Source: Candidatus Omnitrophota bacterium (GTDB lineage: Bacteria; Omnitrophota; Omnitrophia; Omnitrophales; Aquincolibacteriaceae). Taken from it: a stretch of 64,000 nucleotides of DNA. Numbering within the stretch: the first letter of the stretch is position 1; every line of letters starts with the position of its first letter. The stretch is from NCBI GenBank assembly GCA_016930235.1, contig JAFGHI010000010.1:250-64249 (forward strand), read 5' to 3'. This document shows, one piece after another, positions 51,901 through 58,249 of this stretch. The translations under genes were made by a program, and so were the position numbers. Under the pieces are notes generated by a model. That model saw only the letters and a list, made by a program, of their open reading frames with translations. It made no database searches and was not told the origin of the DNA.

Positions 51901-53959
51901 AGCGACCGGGGACTTGATCTAGGGTATCAATTTGGACCGGGATCCCCTGCAATCCACTAGGAACAACACCTTCTGATACTAAACGGCGTTCAACACCTAA
52001 GTGAGGCAAAACACCTGCAGGAAGTTTGGAAAGGTTAATGGCATCGCCGGCCGCAAGAACGGGGTAAGTAAAACCATCGGAGGTCGTGGCTGTCTGGAGA
52101 AGATTCAAGATATTTTGTTCGGTGAGGTCGCCTTGGGCGTCCAGATCGCGGATCCCTTGAATGAAACGTTCGATATTCTGAAGCCATTTTTGACGGAGTT
52201 TTTGGATGCTTTCTTCATCCAGGATTTCATCGATAAAGAGGGTATACTTCCCTGCTTGATCTAATCTCTTTTGGCCTGCCAAATCTCGGACAATTTGATC
52301 ACGCCAATGTTTTAAAAGGGTGCCGGGGTCTTCACCGCTTTCCTCAACCAGCTTATCGCGAGTCGAACGGATAAAGGCTTTGTAAATATTGATTCGGTCA
52401 TTCTCGACCCGGAAATACCCTTTCCAAGCCACCTCACCCCGCATATTTTGGCGGTAACTCGTTTCATCAGGAACCGAACTGATTCTTGGCATTACCAGAA
52501 CATAAGAAATTCCCTCTTGGCGGAAACGCTCAGTCAAACCTTCGGTATGAAAACCGCCAGCGATTAGGACACTGGAACTGTGTGAAGAGTAAAGAGTATC
52601 TCGTGAAGAGCTGCTCTGCATCTTTTGAATCAAATTTTGGTAAAAAGCCTGATCACGCGCTTCGGCTGTTTGATAAAAAGCGATGTGATGTTTTAAATCG
52701 TCTTGTCCCAGAGGGATTTCCTCAAATTCTTGACCTTGGATTATAGTTTCGATACGTTTCCAATCCTCATAGCCGATATTCAATTTTGCGAGCCTCGTAA
52801 GGAGATCCAGATGAAGGCCTCTGCGGTTAAGGTCCCGTTCAAGGTCAGTTCGGTAGAATTTCTCCTTCACGGATTCTGTATACGCCTGGAATTCCTTAAA
52901 AAGCCTTGTGCCGCGAAGATCCTTCATCCTCAGCTGATTTTGCATAAGGGGCTTAAGAGTGTTTGACACTTCAAGAGAAATCCCCTTTTCTTCGATGAGC
53001 TCCTTCATGAATAGCGCAAAGGCTTCGGGAGTTATTTGGGATATCTGAAAGGCCTGCCGTTTTTTATGAAAACGTTTAAGGTCCTCACGCCCGCCATTTG
53101 TCGAATCACCTTGATGCAAGAAATCCTCGACTTTTTCGGCAAGGGCCATGACTTCCCGGTCTAAATGAACGCGGTCCACGAATTGATTTTCGTATTCCCC
53201 CAAAATCAAATCGAGCTCGGACCCTTTGGCCAGCTTCTGATAATTTGAAAGTTTCTTCAGAACGGTTATGAAGGTTTCCAAATTTTCACCAAAATCCTGA
53301 AGCAAGCGATCGATCGCGAGAAGTTCTTCGGGATACGTGTTTTGTTTTTCTTCTTGAAGCCCTTTTTCCGCAATTGAAATTCTCCGGAGGAAGTCTTCTT
53401 CTTTCCCTGCCGCCTGAAGAAAATAGGCCAGCCCTTGTTCATAGAGATCCCAATTCTCAATCCCCTCATATTGGCCCTCGACATGGTTAAGAATCGCGGC
53501 AGCCGTACTTCCTGTAAGCTCCCCTTTTTCGTGATAATCATTTAATACCTTTTTTAATAATTCCTGATCCGGAAAACTTCTGAGGATCTGAGGATCCAAT
53601 CGGCTAGCAGCACCTTCTAAAGCGATGAGGTCCACACCGTAAGTCTCTTGAAAATATCCGATAAGCCTTTGAATATTTAGCTGAGCTTCAGGAATAGCGT
53701 GGGCATCTTGAATAAGGACAACGGTCTGATCGTTTTGGCCTTGATACCTTTCAAGAACCTCTCCGATCTTTTCCGGGATTTCGATCTTTGAAATTTCAAA
53801 GGGTATAGATTTCTCTAATTTTTTGTCAGCCAAAGGTAAGAGATTTCCCGAGGCGTATACAGGCAAACTTAGATGGTTCGTCACAAAGAAAGTCATGACG
53901 ACTATTAAAGCCACTGATTTAATGAGTGTAGACCTCTCCTGCATGAAGTCTCCCTTCAT
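39968..53959 (-). CDS. giant (4663 aa) secreted/multi-pass membrane protein with internal duplication, embedded PEP-utilizing phosphotransfer module and ten RSELR motifs
   Basis: A single uninterrupted 13,992-nt ORF. It has an N-terminal signal peptide (…LSLPVYA|SG) and hydrophobic TM clusters near aa 1425-1455, 1521-1600, 1945-2025, 2603-2625 and 2722-2785. Aa 3430-3500 resemble a PEP-utilizer phosphohistidine swivel domain (GGTSLSHWVTFARDLGIVVIP). Aa 3555-3800 resemble the PEP/pyruvate-binding TIM barrel (GVGLFRTEQL ... GSNDLMVSINQVGRDD). The second ATG at 53944 has the better SD (AAGGGAG). Confidence 0.85.
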   Translation of the reverse strand: MKGDFMQERSTLIKSVALIVVMTFFVTNHLSLPVYASGNLLPLADKKLEKSIPFEISKIEIPEKIGEVLERYQGQNDQTVVLIQDAHAIPEAQLNIQRLIGYFQETYGVDLIALEGAASRLDPQILRSFPDQELLKKVLNDYHEKGELTGSTAAAILNHVEGQYEGIENWDLYEQGLAYFLQAAGKEEDFLRRISIAEKGLQEEKQNTYPEELLAIDRLLQDFGENLETFITVLKKLSNYQKLAKGSELDLILGEYENQFVDRVHLDREVMALAEKVEDFLHQGDSTNGGREDLKRFHKKRQAFQISQITPEAFALFMKELIEEKGISLEVSNTLKPLMQNQLRMKDLRGTRLFKEFQAYTESVKEKFYRTDLERDLNRRGLHLDLLTRLAKLNIGYEDWKRIETIIQGQEFEEIPLGQDDLKHHIAFYQTAEARDQAFYQNLIQKMQSSSSRDTLYSSHSSSVLIAGGFHTEGLTERFRQEGISYVLVMPRISSVPDETSYRQNMRGEVAWKGYFRVENDRINIYKAFIRSTRDKLVEESGEDPGTLLKHWRDQIVRDLAGQKRLDQAGKYTLFIDEILDEESIQKLRQKWLQNIERFIQGIRDLDAQGDLTEQNILNLLQTATTSDGFTYPVLAAGDAINLSKLPAGVLPHLGVERRLVSEGVVPSGLQGIPVQIDTLDQVPGRSELRSMTSQQMARHLARALSSSRLALDATMSFSRQNLSDPLILQMLQGMFEPHLTRVLDALSVFDQLLGEPPVPVHESEIPLIEGFEGLIMCLETLSRGSRMPLGATSAALKAKMEIIGSYAAKLRSRVLSLRILQFQKQGFMSVDKGASAIDLSQTESRRAFVVNGLETMKIIGEELTLADKAIGEKIIMDEEARQYQKELTETRLHGVIQSIVLVMNLLWDGIQGDVVDAGALYWFLRRLSGKISQFNLALSDLTKMSFYQREPAFEEKIAILDNVRGVLDLWLEQIKAVANIGDDKPIEKSVIQEAVTRLPSKQAIQEMDMPDLLFAIYRMVQLSELMMPYLDSKDPAEVKQLEQTLRNLMVEARMRESVLVSGRSELRQSLINDYFLALINADVAIDRLQRVLEQELTEGAAIAERIDQLNGALLPDVLVQLRVLGTHLEGDVRDDDVRELTSLQRLQINLVQVTNILGGSIYAMNPNVDAAVIEIQSIEERLQGRIQAAMELSRNEIEEQTESLIFGFNPEMWVQDTLERIAEWETWPDAKLYERRISIKRAGKTLQWLDILPKALDAIHRLNPLQARVLIYEGKLRRGEVEAVSADTRSELRAEIQDLLANAKNKGIDVKARQDALRELTGRGLALSQSGMDALQVMNDLRDLVGDGTAMPLIRVSAANTLLMLMNYSLASDNEALRAQALDYSWSVEVLGKLSGAMDLMEAIFTDEAITPEVVVQWGELWGDFMVGAVLMAKIFKGSAFMYQQEMFLILVSDKVGKVHVPAYNAAKRLGVFDQFQAFAYAGVIREKVDAIFGPLQRSELRAEKAIAKKESWDIRLTKYLASLVFDLSVLFGVPVLGIPAIYDLGVSPAAVFFLLAGFAYFLYFTGRKLKLGERFSNIMVGLLSFVLTFGVVSFLHMKDVRDVQARQEVGISRTTTPEAPRPPPEIAPASIEKAAPVAPIRDIPEPNVIEAVKRVLQGEQSSIGKAALTDEQIDEYLRLIIDKNAKNFETRLIPLVKIVDAIVALIDSDKSPEYRENVRKLLTRTVVVESDQLRADEQYRGGPGAGVANVEVNIGDGSGTAEYLLTRILQRADWKAIVQRVFYDVDETTIRRFASSKDKSSRELREYLRTHPAASIFLARVKYRLFRSPIPFGENEQILYWAIYYNGSPKAKRAAKVDNFGAIIKAARAKVAGKSYPLSVTQPIEIDGIAVLPRDLEEFEVWRLVRQEIEKTSSLETSERSELRADQFRMLKRIIDWENVRHFLVSSLMTVLSLTMASAMIVRFGHHLGVPLLAVFVLAAGSGILLLGTNWFYRSGKRVFDIFTGYMLAVLAFGFVLVIDRQISRVAAGTVKEPSSIIIAPLDQAPLEAGAPADVTVVPQTPAVTKPFEIPLEVSPQEEQPLEEHVTALTPMDQNLRLQIDKNALDFETRLIPLVQIVDAVLALTDSEESPEYRENIQKLLTRTLVVESDQLQTDEFYGGEPGSAEYLLSRVLGREDWTAMAMPIFYDVDEVTLRWFASGQEASSRDFQEYLKVHPAAAVFLARIKYLLIPVPLPKGNNDQILYWANYYNSSPQAQSAARSDHFMGYIRAVRNVVANNTYLLKAAEPLVFDGGRRIIFTSELDEFTVWNLVARQIQKTKVPAVAGKSLGRSELRKPARAEPAITSDAAWIHEGRAHDYSEWMRVSEYEFLDAIRSKVNRKNEEKFAWYFNSGFDVIRALFTTNATQLIMSDQATFGEKVSEEGEEYQPLLRERVHASRVDEGGVHGILTMSFLGINIRTLFLMSLEELGVRDYTINRLELGRDRWTISFVWRHPEEGREKLRTVYFLGGEQIEELSSLPMELQKAIAENGGLDLTLEKAPNYYYEDIKRSPAPGEEFQGRREIYQVNSIKRDLLKRGGFAIGDIEKVREYPSSNNLLTSALADFALVSSLALWWKGIFFTWGNGGLEIAQRKSGEPMLRWAGDDAAGVNLRSEFRDEDLTGLRGEFAGWLDQKINNPVYRDLWLRLSNDAEITEILEDEDLNIQERIQEVVDVLDEDMLYNSIFAAGFRWFLVGSMTAMAGIVFLIRVAISWDEGNIPFALSCSVLTLMAAIAVTLSYQVIRSWRWRIELLIHHLQQFAIHQRYVDVPSVPVQAESKSQRSELRTGPNNLILRGSSPAMNVIASGEIVTWEREAKRVNFSLVRPFDTPREAAQKVENEVHALTNIWRRVLDESERQMSLGEQMQEVLGLLLEEAIYRVRHQESRSDEVLRQMLDEMKRELAEQTAPAPTTVYAMGFIQGSVIPALVNREDFIHLPDEDHNKKVREVLIQTAKDRLMTKVFDLFLNLPFGLNTDDSKLADGQKEASYTRRRMFADNTVYGMTIDEHGRPKTIKMDVFERLAYHLDKGKTPQKALQIIIDLLNAHIANFRNLPSGELFKRMIQVNEELRGYVESIQEDLDTYDYIFEMSDLEEEVQVKKEEEVRRHEEVMVDVLDQFLDAITASYEAEIQKRISAMVKKKEDEASIAAVDRTLHEEAHTNIEKWKAWVKRFDFQVRQDILKTGRSIEYLTALFYMRHFMDLRAQQTFENEAGVLERFWEGHKKIVLEMPLEGEVPAEMEFLPPGVVTQIRQWVGEEQQHAVEEILRMIFDEISRRVRENRQHAAEVFQNVLDEIRSGQWERIQPDDPFQAGIISYFQETMIPMFNAYADNRGGEGRRVNDVEPEALEFLMRYYDRARFGPTQQVDRDLVVFAKTIENERDLYHLLSSLRGHGRVVAIVSPGGTSLSHWVTFARDLGIVVIPAADFEAAGLEFSKETLQGWAMADGREGFVVLRPDYQTRDTWFARRESYADLDAFFLARADEPVFFAGREILFYVDDTKPEDFQRRAELRSIVERHGGKGVGLFRTEQLAAHPGWQGIENDRVRFAQTIQGILMQPFFQVRRPFIVRIFDVQMDKRPKILTEGRKPDEVRRILEIPLEEGRNRLGVRFYLDKEGTHPHYGDLFKQFREFGKMQLMVFFQAQVAAYNRLEELAREGKGPQPEVNLHILIPDIIDQRDINGILELIEEAKTEYLSGIVEEEQEKARQIINQILIGFMFEKENAMISPDADFYAVGSNDLMVSINQVGRDDPKAQKKLRQLHPNLVGKIAEVAASMNSKGKWVTVDGVWGGSRRLLLALLALRLIRPEIEVYQVAETNQVPEMLEFVRNTTPEEIESQIKPLVERILAGGEQMPSVDEFDQAVSRLQNTIQDRILQGNVFQRFKIARRQRPRSELREISDISSQVQAKSISPDAVQPVPEVERVPAEQPQRQQPYQQQPGLSETSQVSEVGGTVDISIGSRLRDSLNSFLGLTGTEKTVVLTGESDLSQYQNPQWKESQDIVFSILTKGTVVETNETDVAWLVLNPGGRFISIQEEPFTVSDLQAFKALKWSDVQRGTLLDDNRQYHYLVATKSFRGPGIPQTEEVRSELRQEMPIREVFDILYEKGLLRQNERFVVMGEKAASTFAEEYKRTAKPPAPRVMTLDALDQDIAGYPEKGIADFNEGGWNEASYREQFLRLFELVKSRPDMQQGVSVYLPLPERPQMSEGYRVSNPLWDAFEIFTEVLVGIAADSGVQIEYHLRNPLLPGIGKIEIMLPLASWQQIRLQKQGQSLLQAKPKPEPALKKLAVMKKPEGWDGTWTPEELYGTPMEPRSELRLTWVDSALTIARSLIPAEALAADFVLPDQSEVLSAVRPIVAHQIDGAELEQVLKRAVEIAVEELLSRQGFGTAFEDRPEVYSMTSKIAERAVRDLVTFMQQVADTYQGKVTLGLDIPELKDGISRLDRESAIGQYGDIIRSYFLRGELDRFAILGDKKAANALIQVLKSIPIPFTAASSPRQVTILNSGQNVLPVMEFSDEILMEQTAQVLPVGIRLTSEAKLESQVLGRMTQTAFAFASALMARTSTDAKNVQAELLKAVYLFRQMGEGPENQIIVFDSEGRPIVNVSAIDRLLRQEVQAALQIQKAA
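46952..48181 (-). repeat. giant-gene internal duplicated unit, copy 2 (aa ~1927-2336)
   Basis: Has the same TM cluster (HHLGVPLLAV / FGVPVLGIP; FYRSGKRVFDIF / FTGRKLKLGERF), Pro-rich linker and soluble module (NALDFETRLIPLVQIVDA...ILYWANYYNSSP...). It also ends in RSELR. Confidence 0.8.
48182..49450 (-). repeat. giant-gene internal duplicated unit, copy 1 (aa ~1504-1926)
   Basis: The unit is a TM cluster, a Pro-rich linker and a ~240-aa soluble module (NAKNFETRLIPLVKIVDA...ILYWAIYYNGSP...) ending in RSELR. It is paralogous to copy 2 at both protein and DNA level (e.g. ccaataaagaatttg at 48431 and 47221). Confidence 0.8.
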
Positions 53960-54097
53960 TGGTCTTTACTTTATTAATTAGCCAAACCCGACAGATCTAA
54001 CTTGCCAAAACTCAAGTGTTTGAGCCTAGTTATGCGTACTATTAAAGTTTACACAATATTTTAGAAAGTTCAAAAAAAAACGCATAGTACGATCTAG

Positions 54098-54128
54098 CAT
54101 GATATAACGCATTCTTGCATGAGATAAC
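54098..54128. promoter_or_regulatory. direct 12-mer repeat in AT-rich promoter region of the giant gene
   Basis: GCATGATATAAC ... GCATGAGATAAC lie with a 20-bp centre-to-centre spacing, ~140-170 bp upstream of the giant ORF start. Their function is unknown. Confidence 0.25.
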
Positions 54129-54232
54129 ACTACGGTTAATTGTGGAGATTCTGGGTTTTAATGGAGCAGAAACGGGGTTATTTTCCTTAAAAAATACGTT
54201 TGACTTTCATCTCAAAAAACGCTTCTAACGCC

Positions 54233-54880
54233 TTAAAATCCCTGTTCGATCAGCTTGGAGAGCTTCAATTGGGTGCTTTTACGCGGCTTCAATTCGTCCG
54301 ATAAGATCTTGAGATACCTCGTAATGAGGTCAATTTCCAGATTCACAGGGTCCTTCACCTTTTTCCTGCCTAAGGTTGTCTCTTTCAAGGTATGAGGAAT
54401 AATCGCAATCTTGAACCGGTTACCTTGGACGCCCTGAATTGTCAAACTGATCCCGTCAACCGCGATGGACCCTTTATGGGCCAGTAATTTCGTGACTGCC
54501 TTGTCGGCTTGAAACCAAAAGATCCAGTTCTTCCCTCGTCGTTCAATCTTCGTAATGATCCCACGGCCATCGACATGTCCTGTCACAAAATGACCTCCGA
54601 GAGGATCTCCTGCTCGAAGCGATCTTTCGAGATTGAGGAAGCTGCCGATACGGAGTCCTCCTAATGTTGTTGCCGCCAAGGTTTCTTTAACAACATCCAC
54701 CTCGAAATATTTCGAAGTCGCTTTGACAGCCGTCAGACAAACACCTTCGCAAGCAATACTTTCACCGATCTCTAACCGCCTTTTCGCTTTCCTCTGAAAT
54801 CCGATCCGAAAACGGACAATGCCGCCCGTTTCGGTTTTCTTTAAGACCTTCCCTTGATTTTGGATAATACCTGTAAACAT
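54233..54880 (-). CDS. ribE: riboflavin synthase (alpha subunit)
   Basis: 215 aa with the duplicated lumazine-binding repeats MFTGII ... GHVDG. Confidence 0.88.
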   Translation of the reverse strand: MFTGIIQNQGKVLKKTETGGIVRFRIGFQRKAKRRLEIGESIACEGVCLTAVKATSKYFEVDVVKETLAATTLGGLRIGSFLNLERSLRAGDPLGGHFVTGHVDGRGIITKIERRGKNWIFWFQADKAVTKLLAHKGSIAVDGISLTIQGVQGNRFKIAIIPHTLKETTLGRKKVKDPVNLEIDLITRYLKILSDELKPRKSTQLKLSKLIEQGF

Positions 54881-54896
54881 GTAAAGCTCCTCTCTT

Positions 54897-56045
54897 CTAT
54901 CGAATATTCTTTAATGATGCCTTGATTTTTCCTACAAAATGCCAATCCTCACCTAGCTTTTCAACATGATCGATCTCGCATTCAATTCCATCATCCGGAA
55001 GTCTGAATCCTTCTCCCTCGACGGACGTTTTTGCACTGCGCCCTCCGATCAATTTTGGCGCGATAAGCCAGTGAATTTTATCGACATGTCCCCCTTCCAA
55101 AAGCGACCAGGCCAGTTCCCCGCCCCCTTCACAAAGCAACTTGGCAACCCCTAAAGACGCCAACTTCTTCAACAAATCATCGAGATCTAATTTCCCGTCT
55201 TTGTCATGGACAGGAAGAAGAACCTTTCCTTGCTTCGATTTTTCATGAGAACGTCTCTGCACCAATGTCTTCTCACTGACAGCGAGCAAGGTTAATTGCT
55301 CGCCCTTAAAAATATTCGCCTTTGGCGAAACCTCGAGATTCGGATCGATCACAACGCGCCAGGGTTTGCCTTCGATCTGATTCCTCACCTTGATCCGGGG
55401 ACTCAGGTTCGGATTGTCCTTAAGCAAGGTATTCTTCCCGATCAGGATTGCGTCTTGTTCAGCCCTGAGTTCGTGAACAAAACGCCTGGCCGGCACCGAA
55501 GTTATCCATCGTGAGGCCCCTGTCTTTGTCGCAATCTTCCCGTCCAAGGATTGGGCCATTTTGAGAACCACAAAAGGTTTCCGACTGCGGATAAATTTAA
55601 AAAACGACTCATTCTGTTTTTCGACCCGCCCCGCCAAAACACCTGTCTTGACTTTCACGCCGGCTTTTCTTAACGCCTTCACTCCTTTGCCGTGATGTTT
55701 GGGGTTCGGATCCAAGGCCCCGATCACTACCTTTTGGATACCGGCATTCAAAATAGCCGCAACGCACGGAGGCGTTTTCCCCCAGGTCGAACAGGGCTCT
55801 AACGTCACGCATAAAGTCGCCCCTTTGGCTTTTGAACCTGCACGTTTTAAGGCCGCGACTTCGGCATGATCACCGCCAAAAAACCGGTGATAGCCCTCTG
55901 CGACAATCCTGTTCTTTTTCACTACGCAAGCCCCAACCATCGGATTGGGGCTGACCGTCTTTCTCCCCTTTTCGGCAAGATGTAGAGCTCTTAGCATCCA
56001 CTTTTCGTCCGTTGAAAGATAGCCGGTTTCAGACAGGAGATGCAT
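54897..56045 (-). CDS. ribD: bifunctional diaminohydroxyphosphoribosylaminopyrimidine deaminase / 5-amino-6-(5-phosphoribosylamino)uracil reductase
   Basis: A CMP/dCMP deaminase motif (HAEVAAL ... PCSTWGKTPPC) is followed by a RibD_C reductase domain. The start is likely MHLLSETGYLSTDEKWMLRAL. Confidence 0.88.
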   Translation of the reverse strand: MHLLSETGYLSTDEKWMLRALHLAEKGRKTVSPNPMVGACVVKKNRIVAEGYHRFFGGDHAEVAALKRAGSKAKGATLCVTLEPCSTWGKTPPCVAAILNAGIQKVVIGALDPNPKHHGKGVKALRKAGVKVKTGVLAGRVEKQNESFFKFIRSRKPFVVLKMAQSLDGKIATKTGASRWITSVPARRFVHELRAEQDAILIGKNTLLKDNPNLSPRIKVRNQIEGKPWRVVIDPNLEVSPKANIFKGEQLTLLAVSEKTLVQRRSHEKSKQGKVLLPVHDKDGKLDLDDLLKKLASLGVAKLLCEGGGELAWSLLEGGHVDKIHWLIAPKLIGGRSAKTSVEGEGFRLPDDGIECEIDHVEKLGEDWHFVGKIKASLKNIR

Positions 56046-56481
56046 CCGATTCATTTGTTGAAACCTGATAGCGGGGTTTTTCAGAATGGTTGATCTTATC
56101 GAGGATGCCGTTGACAAATTTCCCGGAATCTTCCTGGGAAAATTTCTTGGCCATATTCACCGCTTCGTTGATGGAAACTTTCTGAGGAACATCTTCCAAA
56201 TAAAGGAGTTCATAAGTCGCAGCACGCATGATGTTTTTATCAACCACCGCCATTCTCCCAAGTTCCCAATTCTCGGCCGCGTTCGAGATGACCTTGTCAA
56301 TCTCCTGCTGATTCTGGAGGGTGCCTTTCACTAAAACTTCTGCAAATTCCTGAACTTCCTTGGCAGGCTGACCCTGATGGCTCCAGAAATTTTCTATGAT
56401 CTCGGAGAGCTTCCCAGGATTCATTTCAACCTGATACAGAATCTGAAGCGCATATTCGCGCGCAAGCGTCCGTTTTCTCAT
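56029..56481 (-). CDS. nusB: transcription antitermination factor NusB
   Basis: A 150-aa NusB fold (REYALQILYQVEMN...). Confidence 0.85.
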   Translation of the reverse strand: MRKRTLAREYALQILYQVEMNPGKLSEIIENFWSHQGQPAKEVQEFAEVLVKGTLQNQQEIDKVISNAAENWELGRMAVVDKNIMRAATYELLYLEDVPQKVSINEAVNMAKKFSQEDSGKFVNGILDKINHSEKPRYQVSTNESDASPV

Positions 56482-56987
56482 CTTTTGTTTTTCACCCGGC
56501 GTTGCCGGCCCTTCACACGCGTGTTCTGATCCATCTGCCGGTTTAAATCAGCAATCTCAATGGCTGCCAAGGCCGCATGAGCCCCTTTGTTCCCGGCCTT
56601 AAGTCCCGCCCGGTCGATGGCCTGCTCAAGCGTGTCTGCGGTAATCACAGCCGTTGCAATCGGTATACCGGTTTCCAACGCCACCTGCGATATCCCGCGT
56701 GTGACTTCGTTGCATACACATTCATAATGATAAGTCCCGCCTCTTAAAACACAACCCAATGCAATGATGCCGTCCAATTTCCTAGCCGCCAGCTTCTTAC
56801 AAAAGTACGGAATTTCTAAAGCCCCCGGCACCCAAGCAACTTCAATATCTTTTTGAGAAACCCCGGCCTGTTCTAAAACCTCCACGGCACTTTCAAGCAA
56901 GCGCTTTGTAATGAATTCATTAAACCTGGCAACGACAATAGCAAAACGCTTTCCGTCTCCTTTTAAGTTCCCGCGGCGTATGATCAT
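56478..56987 (-). CDS. ribH: 6,7-dimethyl-8-ribityllumazine synthase
   Basis: RFAIVVARFNEFIT is the lumazine synthase signature. The start is MIIRRGNL at 56987, adjacent to the ribBA stop. Confidence 0.88.
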   Translation of the reverse strand: MIIRRGNLKGDGKRFAIVVARFNEFITKRLLESAVEVLEQAGVSQKDIEVAWVPGALEIPYFCKKLAARKLDGIIALGCVLRGGTYHYECVCNEVTRGISQVALETGIPIATAVITADTLEQAIDRAGLKAGNKGAHAALAAIEIADLNRQMDQNTRVKGRQRRVKNKR

Positions 56988-56988
56988 C

Positions 56989-58200
56989 TCAAAGATTAAG
57001 CAGGTGTCCCAGCTTCTCCTTTTTTGCTTTGAGGTATTTGGCATTGTGGGCATACCGGGGTGTTTCAATCGCCACCCGCTCCACAACCTTCAATCCATGT
57101 CCTTCCAAACCAACGATTTTCCGGGGGTTATTGGTAATCAAACGCAGTTTTGTCAAACCAAGGTCTCTTAAGATTTGTGCCCCGATACCATATTTCCGTA
57201 AATCCGGTTTGAATCCCAAATGTTCATTAGCTTCTACAGTATCCATTCCCTTATCCTGCAAAGCATAGGCCTTGAGTTTATTCGCAAGCCCAATCCCACG
57301 GCCTTCCTGACGCATATAGAGAATGATCCCGGACCCTTCTTCTTCAATCTTCTCCATCGAAGCAATCAGCTGATCCTGGCAATCACAGCGAAGAGAACCC
57401 AAGATATCGCCCGTAAAGCATTCCGAATGAACCCGAACAAGTGTCGCACCTCCAGAGGGAACCTCCCCCTTAATCAAAGCAACATGCTCTGTCCCATCGA
57501 CAAGGGACCGGTACAGCTTGATTTTCCATTCCCCGAAAACGGTGGGTAGGTGGGATTCACTGATCATCGCAACGACTTGGTCGAATTGACGGCGGTACTT
57601 AATGAGATCGCGAATGGTTCCGATCTTCAATTGATGTTCCTTCGCAAAACGGATAATTTCAGGAAGCCTGGCCATCGTCCCGTCATCATTGACGATTTCA
57701 CAAATGACACCGACGGGTTCTAATCCCGCAAGGCGTGCTAAATCACAAGCCGCTTCGGTGTGTCCGGCCCGGGCTAAGACGCCGCCTTTTTTTGCTTTGA
57801 GAGGAAAAATATGCCCTGGAGCCACCAAATCGGAGGCCCCTGCCTTGGGATCCGCCAAAACTTCAATGGTCCTGGCCCGATCATAAGCCGAAATCCCTGT
57901 GGTGGTCCCGAGTCTTGCATCCACAGAAATCGTAAAGGCCGTTCCCATCGGGTCCCGTGAAGGAAGAATCATTTCCTTAAGTCCAAGGGCTTCGCTTCTT
58001 TCTTCGGTTAAGGGAGCGCAAATCAATCCGCGTCCGTATTTCATCATGAAATTAATCTTCTCCGGCGTAACCATGGAAGCCGCCAGAATAAGATCGCCCT
58101 CATTTTCCCGAGCTTCATCATCGGTCATAATCACAAGACGACCCTGACCGATTTCCTTGATAATTTCTTCAATAGAACTTACGACTGTCTTCTGATCCAT
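56989..58200 (-). CDS. ribBA: bifunctional 3,4-dihydroxy-2-butanone-4-phosphate synthase / GTP cyclohydrolase II
   Basis: The DHBP synthase half is followed by GTP cyclohydrolase II ([11 protein letters not shown] ... C-x2-C). The start MDQKTVV is at 58200 with an AGGAG SD 5 nt upstream. Confidence 0.88.
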   Translation of the reverse strand: MDQKTVVSSIEEIIKEIGQGRLVIMTDDEARENEGDLILAASMVTPEKINFMMKYGRGLICAPLTEERSEALGLKEMILPSRDPMGTAFTISVDARLGTTTGISAYDRARTIEVLADPKAGASDLVAPGHIFPLKAKKGGVLARAGHTEAACDLARLAGLEPVGVICEIVNDDGTMARLPEIIRFAKEHQLKIGTIRDLIKYRRQFDQVVAMISESHLPTVFGEWKIKLYRSLVDGTEHVALIKGEVPSGGATLVRVHSECFTGDILGSLRCDCQDQLIASMEKIEEEGSGIILYMRQEGRGIGLANKLKAYALQDKGMDTVEANEHLGFKPDLRKYGIGAQILRDLGLTKLRLITNNPRKIVGLEGHGLKVVERVAIETPRYAHNAKYLKAKKEKLGHLLNL

Positions 58201-58210
58201 AACCGCTCCT

Positions 58211-58249
58211 AAAAATAAAAATCCCGAAAATAGAAAATCTATCTTCGGG
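58211..58249 (-). terminator. intrinsic terminator hairpin of the FMN riboswitch expression platform
   Basis: On the minus strand, CCCGAAGATAGATTTTCTATTTTCGGG is followed by ATTTTTATTTTT immediately upstream of the ribBA SD. Confidence 0.65.
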
